Origin: Candidatus Niyogibacteria bacterium CG10_big_fil_rev_8_21_14_0_10_46_36
GTDB lineage: Bacteria; Patescibacteriota; Minisyncoccia; 1-14-0-10-42-19
Direction of reading: 5' to 3'
Length of the DNA stretch: 64,000 nt
Assembly (NCBI GenBank): GCA_002772995.1
Contig: PFCO01000008.1
Coordinates: 23,150 to 87,149 of the forward strand
Within the stretch, counting starts at the first letter, position 1. Each line of letters begins with the position of its first letter. The translations under genes were made by a program, and so were the position numbers. Positions 9,100 to 18,099 of this stretch are shown in pieces. The notes beneath the pieces were generated by a model. That model was not told where the DNA came from. It ran no database searches and saw nothing but the letters and a program-made list of their open reading frames with translations.

Positions 9100-9132
9100 T
9101 TTAAAAATTCAGCATGTTGAAAATAGGAGGTA

Positions 9133-9933
9133 TTGAGCATGATTCGATTACGAATAATGTTGTCTTTCATCATGGCTGTTCTTGGTGTCGGATCTTTTTG
9201 GGTGATTGATGTTAGCTGGGGTGCACTTTTTGTGTTCGGGCTCCTCGGCATCATGACCCTGCTTTTCGTATCTGCATTTATTATATTCGTGTCCTCGTTC
9301 ATGCAGGTAGGCATGTTGCCGAACGGACAACTCTGCTACAATCCGAATAATTGGTATTGGCGAGTGATGGATTCGATATGGGGCAATGGGTGGGGTGATA
9401 CCGTCTCTCTTTGCAAGGCATACTGGCGTACCGTAGAAACTATAATTTTAGGGATGCTTGTAGCGGTTATCGCGGCATTCTTAATCGGTGTTGTGCCTGC
9501 TATCGTGTACGCGTTCATAAAAGACGCAAGGAGCTCCCTCATGGTAACAGGCGGTGTTATCGGAGCCTTGTCGTTCATAATCGGCATGATATGGCTTGAT
9601 AACAAATATTCCTGGTTTGGTTACGTCTGGAAGACGGTTGTTGCGTTGATACTTTTTGGTTTGCTTGTGGTGTTCCCAAGCATGGAGATAATGCAGGAGC
9701 GCGGAATCTTATTTTGGCCCGCGTTACTTGTATATCTCAAATATGCAGGCCTGATTGTGGGCTCGGTTGTAGCAGCGATTGCAGTAATAGTTGGGTGTGT
9801 GGCGGGCGCGATATACGCGACACCGGCGCTCCGCAATTCTGTAGTGTGGCAGGGGTATTCTTTTGTAAAAGAAGAGACGTGCCCGATACTTGTTAGTTGC
9901 CCCACAGCAGGAATAAAAGAAAAAACCTCATAA
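9133..9933 (+). CDS. hypothetical multi-pass membrane protein
   Basis: About 6-7 TM; SLCKAYW and TCPIL motifs; own promoter, SD and terminator. Confidence 0.8.
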   Translation: MSMIRLRIMLSFIMAVLGVGSFWVIDVSWGALFVFGLLGIMTLLFVSAFIIFVSSFMQVGMLPNGQLCYNPNNWYWRVMDSIWGNGWGDTVSLCKAYWRTVETIILGMLVAVIAAFLIGVVPAIVYAFIKDARSSLMVTGGVIGALSFIIGMIWLDNKYSWFGYVWKTVVALILFGLLVVFPSMEIMQERGILFWPALLVYLKYAGLIVGSVVAAIAVIVGCVAGAIYATPALRNSVVWQGYSFVKEETCPILVSCPTAGIKEKTS

Positions 9934-9944
9934 CAACAGTGAAT

Positions 9945-9975
9945 AAAAAAGCGTATCCGTTGCGATGCGCTTTTT
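9945..9975 (+). terminator. intrinsic terminator
   Basis: AAAAAGCGTATC-CGTTGC-GATGCGCTTTTT. Confidence 0.7.
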
Positions 9976-10051
9976 ATGTTATTGAGATTGTGTTTCGTCC
10001 CCTCCCGTAGCATAATAGGGAAAAGAATTATTATTTATTTTTGATTTGTAT

Positions 10052-10822
10052 ATGAAAGCGGTTATTATTTCTATTCTTGTAATAGTATTAGTGGCGGGCG
10101 CGCTGTATGTCAGGAACATGCAAAAAGACGCATACCCCGGAGGAGACGAACCCCTAAACGGGATAAGCGACGCCATGTCCGGTTATTTTGAAAAACAAAT
10201 GATTGCGCGGGGCGTTGACGCTATAGGCGGCCAGCCCATTGAAGGGTTTGACGCGCATTTGCTTATGATTGCGTTTCCCGGGCTCGTGGTGAATGATTTT
10301 GATGGTGTGGAGACATTTGAGGGGCGATATAGTGTCGTAGACGGCGCGCTTGAGTTTATGCGCGAGCAAGAGAGCCCGATATCTTCTGCGGAACTCACGA
10401 TTTCATCGGAGGGCTACAAACAATTGCTTTTGCATGTGTCGCGCCGTTTGAAAGCCGACATCTCAAGCGACAGCGCGATAGATGCGCTTATTGATTTAAT
10501 TGATGTGCAGGCATTCGTCTCGATGAGGCTTGGAGAAACCGCAGGAGACTTGGATGTTACTATTACGCCGCTTGAAGTGCTTGAGGATAGCCGTTGTCCG
10601 ACGGACGCGGTGTGTATCCAGGCGGGGACTATACGGCTTCGTGCCCGTTTAGTAAGCGGACTTGGAGAGGCTAATCAAATATTTGTTCTCGGTATGCCTA
10701 TTACTACGGAGGCTGAAGAAATAACGCTTGTATCTGCAGAGCCAGAGCCATTTGCGGGTGTACTGATAGAAGACAGCGAATATCTGTTTCGGTTTGAAAT
10801 AACAAAACGGAAGTCATTTTAG
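10052..10822 (+). CDS. membrane-anchored hypothetical protein with DSRCP..C..AG domain
   Basis: N-terminal TM; VLEDSRCPTDAVCIQAG motif. Confidence 0.8.
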   Translation: MKAVIISILVIVLVAGALYVRNMQKDAYPGGDEPLNGISDAMSGYFEKQMIARGVDAIGGQPIEGFDAHLLMIAFPGLVVNDFDGVETFEGRYSVVDGALEFMREQESPISSAELTISSEGYKQLLLHVSRRLKADISSDSAIDALIDLIDVQAFVSMRLGETAGDLDVTITPLEVLEDSRCPTDAVCIQAGTIRLRARLVSGLGEANQIFVLGMPITTEAEEITLVSAEPEPFAGVLIEDSEYLFRFEITKRKSF

Positions 10823-10831
10823 ACACACTAT

Positions 10832-10862
10832 AAAAAATCCGCCGCGATATGCGGCGGTTTTT
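10832..10862. terminator. bidirectional terminator
   Basis: AAAAAATCCGCCGC-GATAT-GCGGCGGTTTTT between convergent genes. Confidence 0.8.
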
Positions 10863-10868
10863 GTATAA

Positions 10869-11513
10869 TTATGCTTTCTCTTTCCAGTCGGCATTCATTT
10901 TGCCGGCTGAGCGTTTAAACATCTGGATGAATGTTTTGAGTGGCATATCCCAAATAGATGGATAGGTGTCGGTCCGTGCGGTATAGTCGTCACGCAAATC
11001 GCGGCGGACAGTACGCTTGCCTTTTTCTTCGTTAAGTGTTTGATAATCATCTTTCCCCGGTGTTTTTTCGTGTTCACCGAAACCGCACACGACGCATAAG
11101 CGGTATCCGCTCGTATCATCATCATAATCATGTATATACGAACCCTCGTAGCCGTCGTAGCTCAGGACACATGGGTGGGGGCACTCCCTTCCTAATGTTT
11201 CTTTCATTGCGTCAATGTCATTCAGCAGCGTGCTGTATTGGCGGACGGTGATATCGCCGTTTGATGTTTTTGCCATAGCGCAAAGAATCTTATTTCTGAG
11301 GGCTATGGCGGCTTCTGGTATCCCGGTTTCTATAAAGATACGGTCGGAGATTGTCTTGATATCCCGTTCCGCATCCCGGATATGTTCTTCAAGACTGTGT
11401 ATGTTCCCCAGCATTTTTTTTGATTCTGCCAACAGTTCTTGTTTTTGCTGCTTGAGCTTTTTGATGTATTGCTTTGTCTCCTCAAGCTTCTTTTTGAGAT
11501 TAGCGCTTCCCAT
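10869..11513 (-). CDS. hypothetical protein, N-terminal coiled coil plus Cys/His (CPH...CVVCG) module
   Basis: Heptad K/E/L-rich N-terminus; AAGGAGA SD upstream on minus strand. Confidence 0.75.
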   Translation of the reverse strand: MGSANLKKKLEETKQYIKKLKQQKQELLAESKKMLGNIHSLEEHIRDAERDIKTISDRIFIETGIPEAAIALRNKILCAMAKTSNGDITVRQYSTLLNDIDAMKETLGRECPHPCVLSYDGYEGSYIHDYDDDTSGYRLCVVCGFGEHEKTPGKDDYQTLNEEKGKRTVRRDLRDDYTARTDTYPSIWDMPLKTFIQMFKRSAGKMNADWKEKA

Positions 11514-11606
11514 GGGGGCGTCTCCTTTGTGAAAGAATGTATTTTTCCTACTATATCAAAAGCGAAGAGGAACAAAAAATAGGCGAGATAGGTGTAATGG
11601 AATAGG

Positions 11607-11635
11607 TTGACAAAACATAAAAAATATGATAGAAT
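11607..11635 (+). promoter_or_regulatory. sigma70 promoter
   Basis: TTGACA-17 nt-TAGAAT with extended TG; GAGGAGG SD follows. Confidence 0.75.
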
Positions 11636-11657
11636 CCTCCGCAGAGGAGGATTAATA

Positions 11658-12014
11658 ATGAACGAAGAACAAAAAAAGAAAAGATCGGTAGTTTTTTGGG
11701 TTGCGTATGCTGTATATTATGTAATTACCTTTTTTACGGCTCCGTGGTTCCGGGCAAAATTATATCTTGCTTGGGATGAATATCAGGAGTTCGGGCATTA
11801 TCGGGAACGGGTATCCGTTGTGGACGTTATCTGGGCTATGCAGCATTTTTTTGCGGATAAATGGGAGCGGCAGTATTATTATAGGCAACGCATTAAACGG
11901 TACCCTCGCTTACGCTGGCTTGTTCTGTTCACTCCATGGATATTTGAAAAGCCGGCAATGTTTGATTTAATAGTGCGGGAGGGGCTCACAAAAAAAGTTT
12001 TGCGGGAGGTATGA
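11658..12014 (+). CDS. hypothetical protein
   Basis: SD GAGGAGG before ATG 11658; N-terminal hydrophobic segment; aromatic-rich. Confidence 0.65.
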   Translation: MNEEQKKKRSVVFWVAYAVYYVITFFTAPWFRAKLYLAWDEYQEFGHYRERVSVVDVIWAMQHFFADKWERQYYYRQRIKRYPRLRWLVLFTPWIFEKPAMFDLIVREGLTKKVLREV

Positions 12015-12260
12015 ATGGGGCTTACTATCATGCTGGGCGGCAAGTGTTTACGCGCTCTGGCGGAGCGCGGGGAATGCGAGATACTTATGAGAAGGTCTTA
12101 CGCTCGCATTATCGATCCAGGCAACATTATTGCTATCCCAATTGTTCTTGCTCGCGAACAAAATATAGAACACATGCCTGTTCTTGTTGAGAGCATACAA
12201 GACACGAATAAGCGGGGCATAGTATCCGTCTCGCTCAAAAGAGCAGAAGAAAAAAAATAA
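12015..12260 (+). CDS. hypothetical protein
   Basis: GGAGG before start; abuts upstream stop; hairpin terminator at 12283-12313. Confidence 0.55.
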   Translation: MGLTIMLGGKCLRALAERGECEILMRRSYARIIDPGNIIAIPIVLAREQNIEHMPVLVESIQDTNKRGIVSVSLKRAEEKK

Positions 12261-12347
12261 ATCCCAAGACGCTGTTTTAGCTGCGGCCGAACGAAATATG
12301 TTCGGCCGTTTTTATTTTTTTAATATTTGGTATAGTATGACTGCATC

Positions 12348-12557
12348 ATGAGAGAATATGTTTCAAATAGTGTATATGATTTGCGGAGCAAGCGGGGCAT
12401 CACACAGCAGGAGCTCGCAGACAGCCTAGGCGTTACCCGTCAGACCGTTATTGCGATAGAAAAAGGAAATTATATCCCTTCGGTGCTTTTAGCATTAAAG
12501 ATATCACGGTTTTTTAGGGAACCGGTTGAAAAAATTTTTATTTTTAGTAAGAAATGA
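12348..12557 (+). CDS. XRE-family helix-turn-helix transcriptional regulator
   Basis: ITQQELADSLGVTRQTVIAIEKGNYIPSVLLALKI. Confidence 0.95.
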   Translation: MREYVSNSVYDLRSKRGITQQELADSLGVTRQTVIAIEKGNYIPSVLLALKISRFFREPVEKIFIFSKK

Positions 12558-12561
12558 TAGT

Positions 12562-12930
12562 ATGCACACTGTGTTTGCAAAGGAAATCATAATATCGGTC
12601 ATTCTTATAGCGCTTGGTATTCTGTTTTTGAATCCTTTTATGATATGGATGCCCGCACCCCTGCTCTATATGGTTAGCGCGGTATTCGTCATATTGTTCG
12701 CTGTGTTTTTGGTGTTTGTGTGGCGCGAGCGCGTGCGCGATGAACGCGAGGACTTGCATCGGATGATTGCGGCGCGCATCGGGTACTTGTTAGGCATGGC
12801 AACGCTTGCGAGCGTGCTTTTGGTGCAGGCGGTTATGACGCATCATACTGACCCCTGGATTATTGCGGCGCTTCTTATTATGGTCATGGGGAAGACCGTA
12901 GGCATGATCTATAGCAGGATGCGATATTGA
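12562..12930 (+). CDS. membrane partner of XRE regulator (DERE-motif, DUF2178-like)
   Basis: Four TM with WRERVRDERE..HRMIAAR motif. Confidence 0.75.
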   Translation: MHTVFAKEIIISVILIALGILFLNPFMIWMPAPLLYMVSAVFVILFAVFLVFVWRERVRDEREDLHRMIAARIGYLLGMATLASVLLVQAVMTHHTDPWIIAALLIMVMGKTVGMIYSRMRY

Positions 12931-12942
12931 TCTATCCACAGG

Positions 12943-12966
12943 AGATGTAAAGCATGCTTTACATCT
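12943..12966. promoter_or_regulatory. perfect 24-bp palindromic operator overlapping a -35 box
   Basis: AGATGTAAAGCA-TGCTTTACATCT; TTTACA(12958-63)-16 nt-TATACT(12980-85). Confidence 0.75.
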
Positions 12967-13096
12967 TTTTTAAAAGCGCTATACTGGTGAGTATACCCGA
13001 GGAGAAGCTTGCTCTCGGCATAAGAACTTTTGCCAGTTGCTTCTAACGGGACAGGGTCTTTTTATTTTTTATTAGCACTTATAGATTTTTTTAATC

Positions 13097-13678
13097 ATGA
13101 AATCAAAAGGATTTATTATGCCGCTTATTATTGTGATAATCGCGGCGGGTATTATTGGCGCTGTAGTGTACATGCAGCGATCATCCGATACATACAAGGG
13201 CGATGACGCCATGATGGAAGATGACATGACGAAGGATGATGCCATGATGGAAGGAGATGAAATGATGGAAGGAGACGCAACCATGGAAGTACCCGCGCCG
13301 GGCAATGAAGGGGTTGATGAAATGATGGAAGGCGGTGATGTGATGATGGAGGGTGAATCTCCAAAAACAGTTACTGTCACCTATACGCAGAATGGCTTTT
13401 CTCCGTCTCCCGTGAATGTGAGTGTCGGTGACACGGTCCGTTTTATGAATGAAAGCGGGCGCTCATTTTGGCCTGCATCCGCGTTTCATCCGACACACAC
13501 CGTATATCCCGGTTCGGACATAAAAAAATGCGGCACAGCAGAAGCAGCAACTATTTTTGACGCGTGCCGAGAAATTGTTTCCGGGCAGTCGTACTCTTTT
13601 ACGTTCACTGAAGCGGGGACATGGAATTATCATGACCATCTGAACGCATCGGAGTTTGGTTCTATTATAGTGAAATAG
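13097..13678 (+). CDS. membrane-anchored cupredoxin-like protein with Met/acidic-rich linker
   Basis: GFSPSPVNVSVGDTVRFMN, HPTHTVYP, SYSFTFTEAGTWNYHDH. Confidence 0.85.
   Translation: MKSKGFIMPLIIVIIAAGIIGAVVYMQRSSDTYKGDDAMMEDDMTKDDAMMEGDEMMEGDATMEVPAPGNEGVDEMMEGGDVMMEGESPKTVTVTYTQNGFSPSPVNVSVGDTVRFMNESGRSFWPASAFHPTHTVYPGSDIKKCGTAEAATIFDACREIVSGQSYSFTFTEAGTWNYHDHLNASEFGSIIVK
13199..13356 (+). repeat. imperfect coding tandem repeat (GATGAAATGATGGAAGG-like; DxMMEG units)
   Basis: About five DAMME/DEMMEG/DVMMEG units. Confidence 0.7.
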
Positions 13679-13680
13679 CC

Positions 13681-14295
13681 ATGCGCGAAACCCGCACAGG
13701 ATTTGGAACGGTCATTCTGATAGTTTTTGCGGCGATTATTCTTTTGGGTGGCGGCGCATACATTGTTTTAGAGAAGAACACCGCTACTGATCGCGGCAGC
13801 GAGGAGCGTATGGATACCGAAAAAGATACGGGCATGACGGAGGAAGAAGCACCGAAAAAAGATGATAAAGATAATACCGCGAGCAAGGATTCAATGGATG
13901 GCGCAGACACAGAGACATCTTTTAGCAGCGTGGTGCTTGCGGGGTCGGAGTCACTGCTCCTTGATTTTTCAAAAATGGATTACGAAAAAGCTCTTTCCTC
14001 AAAAAAGATAGTAGTGCTTTACTTTTATGCGAACTGGTGCCCGATATGTAAGGCGGAATTTCCGAAGATGCAATCGGCGTTCAACGGGTTTTCAGATGCA
14101 GATATTATCGGTTTCCGTGTGAACTTTAACGATAACGAAACCGACCAATACGAAAAAGACCTTGCGCGCCAGTTCGGTGTTGCCTATCAGCATACGAAAG
14201 TCATCTTGAAAAATGGAGAGCGGGTACTCAAATCTCCTGAGTCATGGGAAGAGAACCGCTACATATCCGAAATTAATGCCATAGCAGTGAATTAA
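13681..14295 (+). CDS. membrane-anchored thioredoxin-family protein
   Basis: VLYFYANWCPICK; FGVAYQHT. Confidence 0.9.
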   Translation: MRETRTGFGTVILIVFAAIILLGGGAYIVLEKNTATDRGSEERMDTEKDTGMTEEEAPKKDDKDNTASKDSMDGADTETSFSSVVLAGSESLLLDFSKMDYEKALSSKKIVVLYFYANWCPICKAEFPKMQSAFNGFSDADIIGFRVNFNDNETDQYEKDLARQFGVAYQHTKVILKNGERVLKSPESWEENRYISEINAIAVN

Positions 14296-14297
14296 TT

Positions 14298-15002
14298 ATG
14301 CTTGATGTGTCGTTCATCGTCGCTTTTTTAGCAGGGTTGGTATCGTTTTTATCTCCCTGTGTGCTCCCGATAGTCCCGGGCTTTTTGGCGTATCTTTCAG
14401 GAACATCTACTTCGGAATCCGCAAGCCGGCTCCGTATCTTTTTGAACAGCTTTGTGTTTGTTCTCGGATTTTCGGTCGTATTTGCCCTGTTGGGTGTGCT
14501 CCTGAACACGCTTTTAGAATCGGTTGCGTATGATGTTCAGATATGGCTCGCGAGGATTGGCGGTGCGATCATTATCTTTTTTGGGTTGTATCTTGCTGGG
14601 CTCTTTCATATCCCGTTCTTAGAACAGCAGCATAAATTCGCCGTAAAAAAGAAATTCGCAAATTCATACATCACCTCATTTTTATTCGGCGCTGCGTTTG
14701 CTGCCGGGTGGACTCCATGCGTGGGTGCAGCGCTTGGCGCTATTCTTGGACTGGCGGCCACCGCTCCCGGGAAAGCATTTTATCTCTTGTTTATGTATTC
14801 ATTAGGGCTTGGCGTTCCGTTTCTGATCGTGGGGCTTTTTGTTTCCCGCGCAGAGGCTTATATCAACCGGTATGCAGGAGCACTTTCGTATGTAAGCAAG
14901 GCATTCGGCATCATTCTGATCGTTCTCGGAGTGCTTGTTTTTACCCAGAGCTTGAATTTGATAGCAAATTTCGGTTTTCTTAATAACTTGTTGCTGCAGT
15001 GA
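14298..15002 (+). CDS. ccdA: CcdA/DsbD-type thiol-disulfide transmembrane electron carrier
   Basis: SFLSPCVLPIVP and GWTPCVG Cys motifs; six TM. Confidence 0.92.
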   Translation: MLDVSFIVAFLAGLVSFLSPCVLPIVPGFLAYLSGTSTSESASRLRIFLNSFVFVLGFSVVFALLGVLLNTLLESVAYDVQIWLARIGGAIIIFFGLYLAGLFHIPFLEQQHKFAVKKKFANSYITSFLFGAAFAAGWTPCVGAALGAILGLAATAPGKAFYLLFMYSLGLGVPFLIVGLFVSRAEAYINRYAGALSYVSKAFGIILIVLGVLVFTQSLNLIANFGFLNNLLLQ

Positions 15003-16132
15003 TGACTGTATCAAAACAAACAATCTTTTCTGTTGTAGTACTGGTGCTTGTTGTGGGTGCGATAGTGTATCTTGAATCACGGAAAGCGGACATCCCGTCA
15101 TTATTGGGGAACCAAGATGTAACTATCTTGAACGAAGGAGAGCGCGTTGCCGAAAAAGAAAAAAAATTTGAACCGGCAAAAGAAATATCAACGCCGGACG
15201 GATTTATCAATACCGATGGTGTTACGATAAGCGAGCTTATCGGTAAAAAAATCATCTTGGTTGATTTTTGGACATATTCCTGTATCAATTGCCAGCGCAC
15301 TACCCCGTATTTAAATTCATGGTATGAAAAATATGCGGACGACGGGCTGGTTATTTTGGGTCTTCACACGCCCGAGTTTGAATTTGAGAAAGATTATGAC
15401 AACGTGGCTCGTGCGGTGGAGAAATTTGGCATTGAATATCCGGTTGTATTAGATAACGACTATTCTACATGGCGATCGTATGAGAACCGGTATTGGCCAC
15501 GCAAATACTTGATAGATATAGATGGCTTTATTGTGTATGACCACATTGGTGAAGGAGCGTACGAAGAAACGGAACAGAAGATAGTAGAATTGTTAAATGA
15601 ACGGAGCGCCGTATTAGGAGAAGATGCGGTTACGCTGGACGAAAAAAACCCGGAGTATATCCAGGATGTTGAGTTTGATAAGGTGCAGTCTCCCGAAATG
15701 TATTTTGGGTACGACCGTTTGCAATATATTGGAAATACATTTTTACGCTCATGTTTGGATTCGGTTTGCGATTTTGATGCAAAAACAGATATTCAGCGAA
15801 ATACATTTAATTTAGATGGCTCGTGGCAGATAGGGCCGGAGGATACGGTGCTCAAGAACGGCGAGGGTGCAATCATACTCGGGTTTTCTGCGTCAAAAGT
15901 AAATCTTGTTGCCGGGACTGACGGTGGCGAGATAGAAGCAGAGATATATCTTGATGGAGAGCGGGTTGATGCGGCATACAAGGGCGCGGATGTTGATGAA
16001 AATGGTGTTGTGCGGTTCGGCGCACATGACCTGTATAATCTGATAGATTTGCATGGAGACTACGGCGAGCATGTCCTCTGGATAATGATAAAGCAGCCCG
16101 GACTCCAGGCATTTGCGTTTACGTTCGGGTAA
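14999..16132 (+). CDS. DipZ-like redoxin (TlpA thioredoxin plus C-terminal domain)
   Basis: DFWTYSCINCQR, HTPEFEFEK, NRYWPRKYLID, PEMYFG, AFAFTFG. Confidence 0.9.
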   Translation: MMTVSKQTIFSVVVLVLVVGAIVYLESRKADIPSLLGNQDVTILNEGERVAEKEKKFEPAKEISTPDGFINTDGVTISELIGKKIILVDFWTYSCINCQRTTPYLNSWYEKYADDGLVILGLHTPEFEFEKDYDNVARAVEKFGIEYPVVLDNDYSTWRSYENRYWPRKYLIDIDGFIVYDHIGEGAYEETEQKIVELLNERSAVLGEDAVTLDEKNPEYIQDVEFDKVQSPEMYFGYDRLQYIGNTFLRSCLDSVCDFDAKTDIQRNTFNLDGSWQIGPEDTVLKNGEGAIILGFSASKVNLVAGTDGGEIEAEIYLDGERVDAAYKGADVDENGVVRFGAHDLYNLIDLHGDYGEHVLWIMIKQPGLQAFAFTFG

Positions 16133-16193
16133 TATGCAAAATGTATAAATAACAAAAATACCGCCTATGCGGTATTTTTGTTATGATGACGAT

Positions 16194-16736
16194 ATGAATA
16201 AAAAAGTAATTGTTTTTGGCGGAGGCTGTTTTTGGTGCACCGAAGCCGTGTTCAAAATGCTTAAGGGTGTTCTTTCTGTAACCCCGGGTTATGCGGGCGG
16301 TACGACAAAAGACCCTTCCTATGAAGACGTATCAGCGCATAAAACAGGACATGCCGAAGTCGTGCGCATTGAATATGATGCTGATATCATGCCGCTCCAT
16401 GATTTGTTAACGGTATTTTTTGCAACGCATGACCCGACAACGCCCAACCGCCAGGGAAATGATGTCGGTGAACAGTATCGCTCCATTATTTTGTACACGG
16501 ACGAAGAGCAAAAAAAAGAAGCGGAAGCGTTTATCGAAAAATTAAACGGATCAATGGAGGAAGGCGAGCCAATAATAACCGCAATACAGCCGCTTGATGC
16601 GTTTTATGAAGCAGAAGATTATCACAAAGATTATTTTGAGAAAAATCCGCAAAATCCCTATTGTCAAATAGTTATCAACCCCAAGCTCGACAAGGTCCAA
16701 AAGGAATTTGCAGAGCTGGTAAAAGAAAATGAATAG
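16194..16736 (+). CDS. msrA: peptide-methionine (S)-S-oxide reductase
   Basis: GGGCFWCTEA, TGHAEV, HDPTTPNRQGNDVGEQYRS, FYEAEDYH. Confidence 0.97.
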   Translation: MNKKVIVFGGGCFWCTEAVFKMLKGVLSVTPGYAGGTTKDPSYEDVSAHKTGHAEVVRIEYDADIMPLHDLLTVFFATHDPTTPNRQGNDVGEQYRSIILYTDEEQKKEAEAFIEKLNGSMEEGEPIITAIQPLDAFYEAEDYHKDYFEKNPQNPYCQIVINPKLDKVQKEFAELVKENE

Positions 16737-17274
16737 TATGCACGAACACACTCATGGGCAGGAACACGCGGGACATGTGGATACGTCAGCGATTCGCCGT
16801 TCATTCCGCGATTTTATTCCCCTTGTGGTTATTTTTGGGGTTATTGCTCTTTTCACGATTATGCAAAGCATGCGAGCGGGTGCGTGGGAGACCGCGTATC
16901 TTATGCGCAATTTTATGGGAGCATTTTTTATCGTATTCGGAGGATTTAAAATCATACGATGGAAGGGCTTTGTGGATGCATACCAGATATACGACATTGT
17001 CGCAAAACGAAGTAGGGTGTATGGGTATACATACCCCATAATAGAGTTAGGGCTTGGGTTTTCGTATCTTTTTTCGTTCCAACTTGCTCTTGTTCAAGTA
17101 ATAACAATAGCAATCATGTGCATCGGGGCTATTGGAGTAGGGCAGGAGCTAGTGAAAAAGAACACCATCCCATGTGCTTGTCTTGGTGTGGTGTTTAAAA
17201 TACCTATGACCAAAGTAACGTTTTTTGAAGACATTCTCATGGCGGCAATGGCTGCGGGGATGTTTTTTGTGTAA
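16729..17274 (+). CDS. MauE/DoxX-family (heavy-metal associated) membrane protein
   Basis: His-rich N-terminus; YDIVAKR, YPIIEL, IPCACLG..PMT. Confidence 0.8.
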   Translation: MNSMHEHTHGQEHAGHVDTSAIRRSFRDFIPLVVIFGVIALFTIMQSMRAGAWETAYLMRNFMGAFFIVFGGFKIIRWKGFVDAYQIYDIVAKRSRVYGYTYPIIELGLGFSYLFSFQLALVQVITIAIMCIGAIGVGQELVKKNTIPCACLGVVFKIPMTKVTFFEDILMAAMAAGMFFV

Positions 17275-17287
17275 TACTGAATTGTGT

Positions 17288-18049
17288 ATGTTTGAATTAA
17301 CTAACAGGGTGGCGTTAGTGACAGGAGCGCGTCGAGGTATGGGGCGTACGCATGCGCTTGCGTTGGCGCATCAAGGCGCTTCCGTTGCGGTAACTGACAT
17401 TGATGCGAATGAGTGCATGCCGGTTGTGGAAGAAATAACAAAAGCGGGAGGCAAGGCGGCATGTTTCAAAATGGATGTTTCCAATAAAGCAGAAGTGGAA
17501 GCAGTGTTTGATGATGTTATCAAACAGTTTGGGAGGCTCGATATTTTGGTGAACAATGCGGGTATTTATAAATCGCGCCCCGCGCTAGATATAACGGAAA
17601 AAGAATGGGACCAAATGATAGATATAGATCTCAAGGGGCAATTTTTGTGCGCTCAGCGCGCAGCACGCGAGATGGCAAAAAATTCTTGGGGTAGGATTAT
17701 TAACATTGCCTCAATTGCTTCGGGGCAGACGGGTGTGGGTATTTTGGGTGGCACCCACTATACAGCGGCAAAGGGCGGAGTTATCGGGATGACGGAATCG
17801 CTTGCTATAGAATTTGCGCCATTGGGTATTTTGGTAAACGCTATAGCCCCGGGCGCTATTGATACGCCGATGGTAAATGCAGCAGAGATGCCAAAGGAGG
17901 CAATGGAGGGGCTCATTGCTTCTTTGCCGCTGAAACGGATAGGAAAGTCCGAAGAAGTGTCTGCCGCTGTAGTGTTTTTGGCTTCGGATGAGGCAAGCTA
18001 TATTACCGGTTCTACGATATATGTAGATGGCGGGTGGCTTGCGGCGTAG
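17288..18049 (+). CDS. short-chain dehydrogenase/reductase (FabG-like)
   Basis: TGARRGMG, LVNNAG, YTAAKGG (YxxxK), VDGG. Confidence 0.93.
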   Translation: MFELTNRVALVTGARRGMGRTHALALAHQGASVAVTDIDANECMPVVEEITKAGGKAACFKMDVSNKAEVEAVFDDVIKQFGRLDILVNNAGIYKSRPALDITEKEWDQMIDIDLKGQFLCAQRAAREMAKNSWGRIINIASIASGQTGVGILGGTHYTAAKGGVIGMTESLAIEFAPLGILVNAIAPGAIDTPMVNAAEMPKEAMEGLIASLPLKRIGKSEEVSAAVVFLASDEASYITGSTIYVDGGWLAA

Positions 18050-18064
18050 TGTTCAGTTATCCAC

Positions 18065-18092
18065 TTGTAATTTTTGCGGGAAAGAGTACTAT
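18065..18092 (+). promoter_or_regulatory. sigma70 promoter of intergenic RNA
   Basis: TTGTAA-16 nt-TACTAT, 7 nt upstream of the hairpin 5' end. Confidence 0.6.
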
Positions 18093-18099
18093 GAAGATA

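Noticed and set aside
13199-13356. CRISPR-like repeat array
   Set aside because: The repeats are degenerate, in-frame coding units with no spacers; no cas genes in the window
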